From positions 1-51,045 of the forward strand of contig CAZJQL010000005.1 of the NCBI GenBank assembly GCA_964548665.1: a DNA stretch of 51,045 nucleotides, written 5' to 3'. The notes under the pieces are model-generated. The model was not told the DNA's origin, made no database searches, and worked only from the letters and a program-made list of their open reading frames with translations. Source of the DNA: an uncultured Methanosarcinales archaeon (lineage in GTDB: Archaea; Nanobdellota; Nanobdellia; Woesearchaeales; 21-14-0-10-32-9). The first letter of the stretch is position 1. Every line of letters begins with the position of its first letter. The position numbers and the translations under genes were made by a program. Below are positions 47,074 to 51,045 of the stretch, piece after piece.

Positions 47074-48563
47074 TTTTGCATTAAGAAATAAGTAAGAAGT
47101 CTTACGCCTGCTCCTGTTGCATACTTAGGAGTATATTCTTTTGCTTCTTTGAAATATGCACTTCCTCCGATATCTATGTGTGCCCAATTGGTTTTTTCTA
47201 CGAATTTAGAAAGAAATACTCCTCCAGTTATGCATCCTGCAGCCCTGTCTGCTTTTTTTGATAAATTGTTTAGATCAGATATATCTCCATCCATTAAATC
47301 CATATAATCTTCAGTCATTGGTAAGGGCCAAGCCTTATCTCCACTTATATCTCCTGCATGTTTTAATAAAGCCACTAATTCATCATTGTTTCCCATTAAA
47401 GCAGAGTTATAATATCCTAGAGCTATTATTGATGCGCCTGTAAGTGTTGCTATATCTATCATTTTTTCAGAAGAATAATTTTTTTCTGCATAAGCAAGTG
47501 CATCAGCCAAGATCAATCTTCCTTCAGCATCAGTATTTCCTATTTCCACTGTTTTTCCTGAATACGTCTTTATTACATCTCCAGGTTTGTACGCACTTCC
47601 GGAAATCATGTTTTCGCAAGTAGGAATTATTCCCACAATATTTTTCTTAAGATTTAATTCTTGAACGGCATTAATTGTGCTTAATACTGCAGCTGCGCCA
47701 GCCATATCGCATTTCATATCTTCCATGAATCCTGTTGGTTTAATGTTGTATCCTCCAGAATCAAAAGTTATTCCTTTACCAATAAGTAAAGTTGGTTTTT
47801 CGGATTTAGATCCGCCCCTATACTCAATTATTATCAATCTAGGATCATCATTTCCTCCGTTTGCAACACTTAAGAATGTGTTCATTCCTAATTTTTTTAG
47901 TTCTTTTTTGTTTAATATTTTTAGAACCATATTTTTCTTGCCTGAAAATATTTTTCTTGAAACATTTTCTAATGCAGAAGGAGTTAATACATTGGACGGC
48001 TCATTCACAAGATCTCTGGCCAAATTAGTATTTTTTGCTATTATTTCTCCTTCTTTTAAGCCTTTTCCGAAAAGATCAGAGTCATTATATGAATACTGTA
48101 ATGATACATTCATCTTTAATTTGTTTTTTTTATTTTCTGGAAGGTATTTGTCAAAAGAATAGCTTGCTAGACTGGTTCCTTCTGATACAGCTCTGCCTAG
48201 ATCTTGAGAATCGAATAATTCTTTTACGGTTTCGGCAAGATTTGTTGTATAAGATTCATATTTTGAAGCATTTACTGCTTTTAATATCCTGCCACTTATC
48301 CTTCTTACTTTTTCCAGAGTTATTTCTTCTTTTTTGCCTAAACTAAAAACAATAATTCTTTCGTATATTGAGTTAGATATTTTTGTGGACATGAATTTTC
48401 CAAATTCGAAGGAAAACGATTTTCTTTCTAATGCTTGAAGAAGCTCTTTGTTTAGCTCAGAATTTAGTTCAGCGTATTTTTTTGTATCATTTTCAAACAA
48501 ACATAAAACCAATACTTTTTGTTGTGGTTCCAACTCATTTTTTATTGAAATTTTAATATCCAT
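47070..48563 (-). CDS. pepA: Leucyl aminopeptidase (M17)
   Basis: GKGITFDSGG, MKCDMAGAA, NTDAEGRL, ATLTGA; start moved to MDIKI by TATA spacing (track gives 48581). Confidence 0.96.
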   Translation of the reverse strand: MDIKISIKNELEPQQKVLVLCLFENDTKKYAELNSELNKELLQALERKSFSFEFGKFMSTKISNSIYERIIVFSLGKKEEITLEKVRRISGRILKAVNASKYESYTTNLAETVKELFDSQDLGRAVSEGTSLASYSFDKYLPENKKNKLKMNVSLQYSYNDSDLFGKGLKEGEIIAKNTNLARDLVNEPSNVLTPSALENVSRKIFSGKKNMVLKILNKKELKKLGMNTFLSVANGGNDDPRLIIIEYRGGSKSEKPTLLIGKGITFDSGGYNIKPTGFMEDMKCDMAGAAAVLSTINAVQELNLKKNIVGIIPTCENMISGSAYKPGDVIKTYSGKTVEIGNTDAEGRLILADALAYAEKNYSSEKMIDIATLTGASIIALGYYNSALMGNNDELVALLKHAGDISGDKAWPLPMTEDYMDLMDGDISDLNNLSKKADRAAGCITGGVFLSKFVEKTNWAHIDIGGSAYFKEAKEYTPKYATGAGVRLLTYFLMQK

Positions 48564-48584
48564 ACAATTCGTGTAGTGCACATT

Positions 48585-48592
48585 TATTTAAA
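48585..48592 (-). promoter_or_regulatory. TATA box (TTTAAATA) of pepA
   Basis: AAAAAGA-TTTAAATA about 22 nt upstream of ATG 48563. Confidence 0.6.
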
Positions 48593-48669
48593 TCTTTTTA
48601 CAAAAAATTATTTCCATAAAACTTACTATGAGAACTCTGTAAAAAATAAAGTGAAAAAAAGTAAGAGAA

Positions 48670-48852
48670 TTACTTGTGCTTATACATAAAGTAATAAACT
48701 ATTGCAGTTATTAAACTAAAAAATATGCTGCTGACTATCCAAATGATTTTTTCGTTTTTCTTTACTTTTTTATTCTTTGTTAAAACATCGTATATTACCC
48801 ATATCGCGCTAACTATTGCAACAATGCCAAGAATAGACCCGAATAAACTCAT
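48670..48852 (-). CDS. Small two-TM protein, PLDc_N-like, 60 aa
   Basis: IWVIYDV......K..WI...I....I.AI.Y pattern; GGGTGA RBS; TATA at 48883-48890. Confidence 0.8.
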   Translation of the reverse strand: MSLFGSILGIVAIVSAIWVIYDVLTKNKKVKKNEKIIWIVSSIFFSLITAIVYYFMYKHK

Positions 48853-48983
48853 ATTATCACCCGAATAACAATTATTCTACATTATTTAAATACTTTTTTA
48901 ATTATACTAATATACAAATATGAACTTATTGATAAAAAGCATTAATAGAAATCATTAAAAACTCTTAATTGTGATAATATTTT

Positions 48984-49862
48984 ATGGCTCTAAAAATTAA
49001 AGATTCTTTTATTCTTTTTGTTAAAGGAATATTTATGGGCATTGCAGATGTTATACCAGGCATATCTGGAGGAACAATAGCATTTATTACAGGAATTTAT
49101 TCTGAACTTATTAAATCAATAAAAGATGTTGGAGATTTTATTAAGGAGTTTTTTGAAAAAATTCTGAAAAACAGAGGTAAGTGGAAAAATATTTTTTCGA
49201 AGCTTAATTTTGCGTTTTTTATTCCACTTATATTAGGAATTTGGCTGGCATTCGGAATAGGTGTTCATTTTATTCCACAACTGATACAAAAATATCCTGC
49301 TCAAGTTATGGGTTTATTTTCAGGCTTAATCATATCTACTGCTTTCGTGATGTTGAAAGAAGAAAAAAACAATAAGCCTATCAAATATATTTGGACCTTT
49401 TTGGGACTCTTGAGCGGATTTTTTATATCTCAATTAACTTATGCAAGCACAAGCCCGACATATTTTTTTATTTTTCTTTCAGGAATCATAGCTATTTGCG
49501 CCATGATTCTTCCAGGAATATCTGGTGCTTATCTTTTGTTAGTTCTCGGCCAGTACGAGTTTATGTTAAACGCCATTAGACATATTTTTTCAGAGTATTT
49601 GTATGTTTTAGCATTTAGTGCAGGTTGTGTGATAGGCTTACTTTCATTTTCTAACCTTCTTAATTATTTGCTTAAAAAACACAAAGCATCTACCATTTTA
49701 TTTCTTGTTGGTTTAATGATCGGGGCACTTTATGGTCCGGTAAAAACAACTTTAATAAGTAATCATGATAAAGTGTTTGAGTTCGCTGTTTTTTTGATTT
49801 TTGGAGCAATAATTTTCTTAATAATAGATTTTATTAAATTAAAAATTCAAAAGAATTCTTAG
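48984..49862 (+). CDS. DUF368 family membrane protein (polyprenyl-phosphate translocase family)
   Basis: KG..MG.ADVIPGISGGTIAFITGIY; AICAMILPGISGAY.LL.LG.Y. Confidence 0.93.
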   Translation: MALKIKDSFILFVKGIFMGIADVIPGISGGTIAFITGIYSELIKSIKDVGDFIKEFFEKILKNRGKWKNIFSKLNFAFFIPLILGIWLAFGIGVHFIPQLIQKYPAQVMGLFSGLIISTAFVMLKEEKNNKPIKYIWTFLGLLSGFFISQLTYASTSPTYFFIFLSGIIAICAMILPGISGAYLLLVLGQYEFMLNAIRHIFSEYLYVLAFSAGCVIGLLSFSNLLNYLLKKHKASTILFLVGLMIGALYGPVKTTLISNHDKVFEFAVFLIFGAIIFLIIDFIKLKIQKNS

Positions 49863-50672
49863 AGCTAGTTCTTTGGCTTCTTTATGGTCTGCTGCAATCT
49901 TTAAATTAGAATACTTTCTTGGAAGTCTTTTATACAAATCATTATTTAATGCAGAATCATATTTTATTAGGATTACTTTTATTCCATTTATTAGCATGTC
50001 TTCAACATTAGATGGATCATCTTCTATGAAATACATGAAATTTATATTTCTGCCCGAAAAGTCTTTTTCTATATCTTTAAGAGCATTTATTTTTTTGCCT
50101 TCAAAATAAATTTTATGAAGATATGTTTTATTTATGGACTTCCAATAATTGGTAGTCATAACTCTAGTAAAATAAGATACAGGATCTGAATTTTTTAATC
50201 CTGCTCCTCGTTTAGTTATGCCTATGTTGAAAAAATCTTCTCCTTGCTGTTTAACTAGCTTATTAAGTTCAGATATTTCTTGTATTTGGCCTTTTACAAA
50301 AAATTCAGATGAAGCAAATTCATCTATAGATGCATAAAAACTGCTTCTTAGATTTAAGTCGAAATCAGAATAATTTATTTTGCCTTCGAGTCTTTTTTTA
50401 AATAGATCTTGTGTTATTCCTTTAGACGCCTCTCTATAAATATCTAAAAATGTTTTTCGGTATTTATCTATATTAGAGCATTGTGAAACGAATAAAAAAT
50501 CATACACGTAAGGATATTTTTTTTCTTCGAAATCTCTGAAAAAAGATTCTGGAAAAACGCTTTTCGTCTTTAGAAATTCCATGTGTTGATTTCTGAAATC
50601 GAACAAAACATTATCTATATCTAAAAGAGCTACATTTGCTTGTTTTCTGTGTTGGTTGTTTTTGTGTTTCAT
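49839..50672 (-). CDS. HAD-superfamily hydrolase (5'(3')-nucleotidase-like)
   Basis: LLDIDNVL (motif I), ITKR (motif II), FIEDD..NV (motif IV). Confidence 0.7.
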   Translation of the reverse strand: MKHKNNQHRKQANVALLDIDNVLFDFRNQHMEFLKTKSVFPESFFRDFEEKKYPYVYDFLFVSQCSNIDKYRKTFLDIYREASKGITQDLFKKRLEGKINYSDFDLNLRSSFYASIDEFASSEFFVKGQIQEISELNKLVKQQGEDFFNIGITKRGAGLKNSDPVSYFTRVMTTNYWKSINKTYLHKIYFEGKKINALKDIEKDFSGRNINFMYFIEDDPSNVEDMLINGIKVILIKYDSALNNDLYKRLPRKYSNLKIAADHKEAKELALRILLNF

Positions 50673-50720
50673 AATTTTCCTCTTAATGAAACACCTCTTT
50701 TTGTAAATTGACTGAATAAA

Positions 50721-51045
50721 TTAGTCTAAGGATTCTAAATATTTTTCTGCTTCCATTGCTGATTGACATCCCGATCCTGCAGCAGTTATTGCTTGTCTGT
50801 ATCTGGTATCTTGTACATCTCCTGCAGCAAAAACTCCTTGAATATTTGTTTTTGAAAATCTATCTGTTTTTATATATCCGTTTTCATCTAATTCTAGCAT
50901 CCCTCTGAATATATTTGTATTAGGAACGTGTCCTAGTGCTAAAAAGACTCCGTCGCATTTAAAATCAGATATTTCTCCCGTAACTGTATCTTTTAATTTC
51001 ACACCAGTAACTCCCTTATTGTCTCCTAACACTTCTTCTATCACT
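50721..51045 (-). CDS. trxB: Thioredoxin-disulfide reductase, C-terminal part (5' end outside the window)
   Basis: DGVFLALGH.PN, GVFAAGDV.D..YRQAITAAGSGC. Confidence 0.95.
   Translation of the reverse strand, partial: VIEEVLGDNKGVTGVKLKDTVTGEISDFKCDGVFLALGHVPNTNIFRGMLELDENGYIKTDRFSKTNIQGVFAAGDVQDTRYRQAITAAGSGCQSAMEAEKYLESLD

Noticed and set aside
1-51045. CRISPR array, tRNA/rRNA, IS element or integrase; alternative genetic code
   Set aside because: Intergenic gaps are short and AT-rich with no spaced direct repeats or cloverleaf motifs; no transposase motifs; known genes are full length under the standard code, with TGA and TAG acting as stops

Overview
AT-rich archaeal DNA, most likely from a DPANN/Nanobdellota (Woesearchaeota-like) symbiont. 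This assignment is inferred from TATA-box promoters about 22-25 nt upstream of start codons, GGTG(A) ribosome-binding sites, an Rpp30 homologue and many K/R-K-A/G-Q/E class III signal peptides. The window has four parts. (1) 1-22.6 kb: a minus-strand surface-protein cluster with about 11 prepilin-like genes (three with beta-defensin-like six-Cys modules, one with a TPM domain), two leaderless micro-membrane peptides, four giant Cys-rich exported proteins (989-1658 aa; one is among the prepilin-like genes) and a degenerate MEMO1 gene. (2) 23.3-31.6 kb, after rnp3: an accessory block of exported enzymes, namely a pilin-like gene paired with a putative papain-fold protein, a C13/caspase-fold peptidase, and a ~1020-aa toxin-like protein ending in a phosphothreonine-lyase-like domain. 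(3) gyrA-ferredoxin, and a pilin fused to an FGE-sulfatase/CLec domain that resembles a DGR target. (4) 37.2-46.4 kb: an ArsR-led operon joining a bacterial-type SUF system with pirin, endonuclease IV, Mn-SOD, SDR, BCP and a flavin reductase, followed by an AlkD-like gene, pepA, DUF368, a HAD gene and partial trxB. I saw no tRNA, rRNA, CRISPR array or transposase. All calls are from motif recognition by eye; no searches were run.
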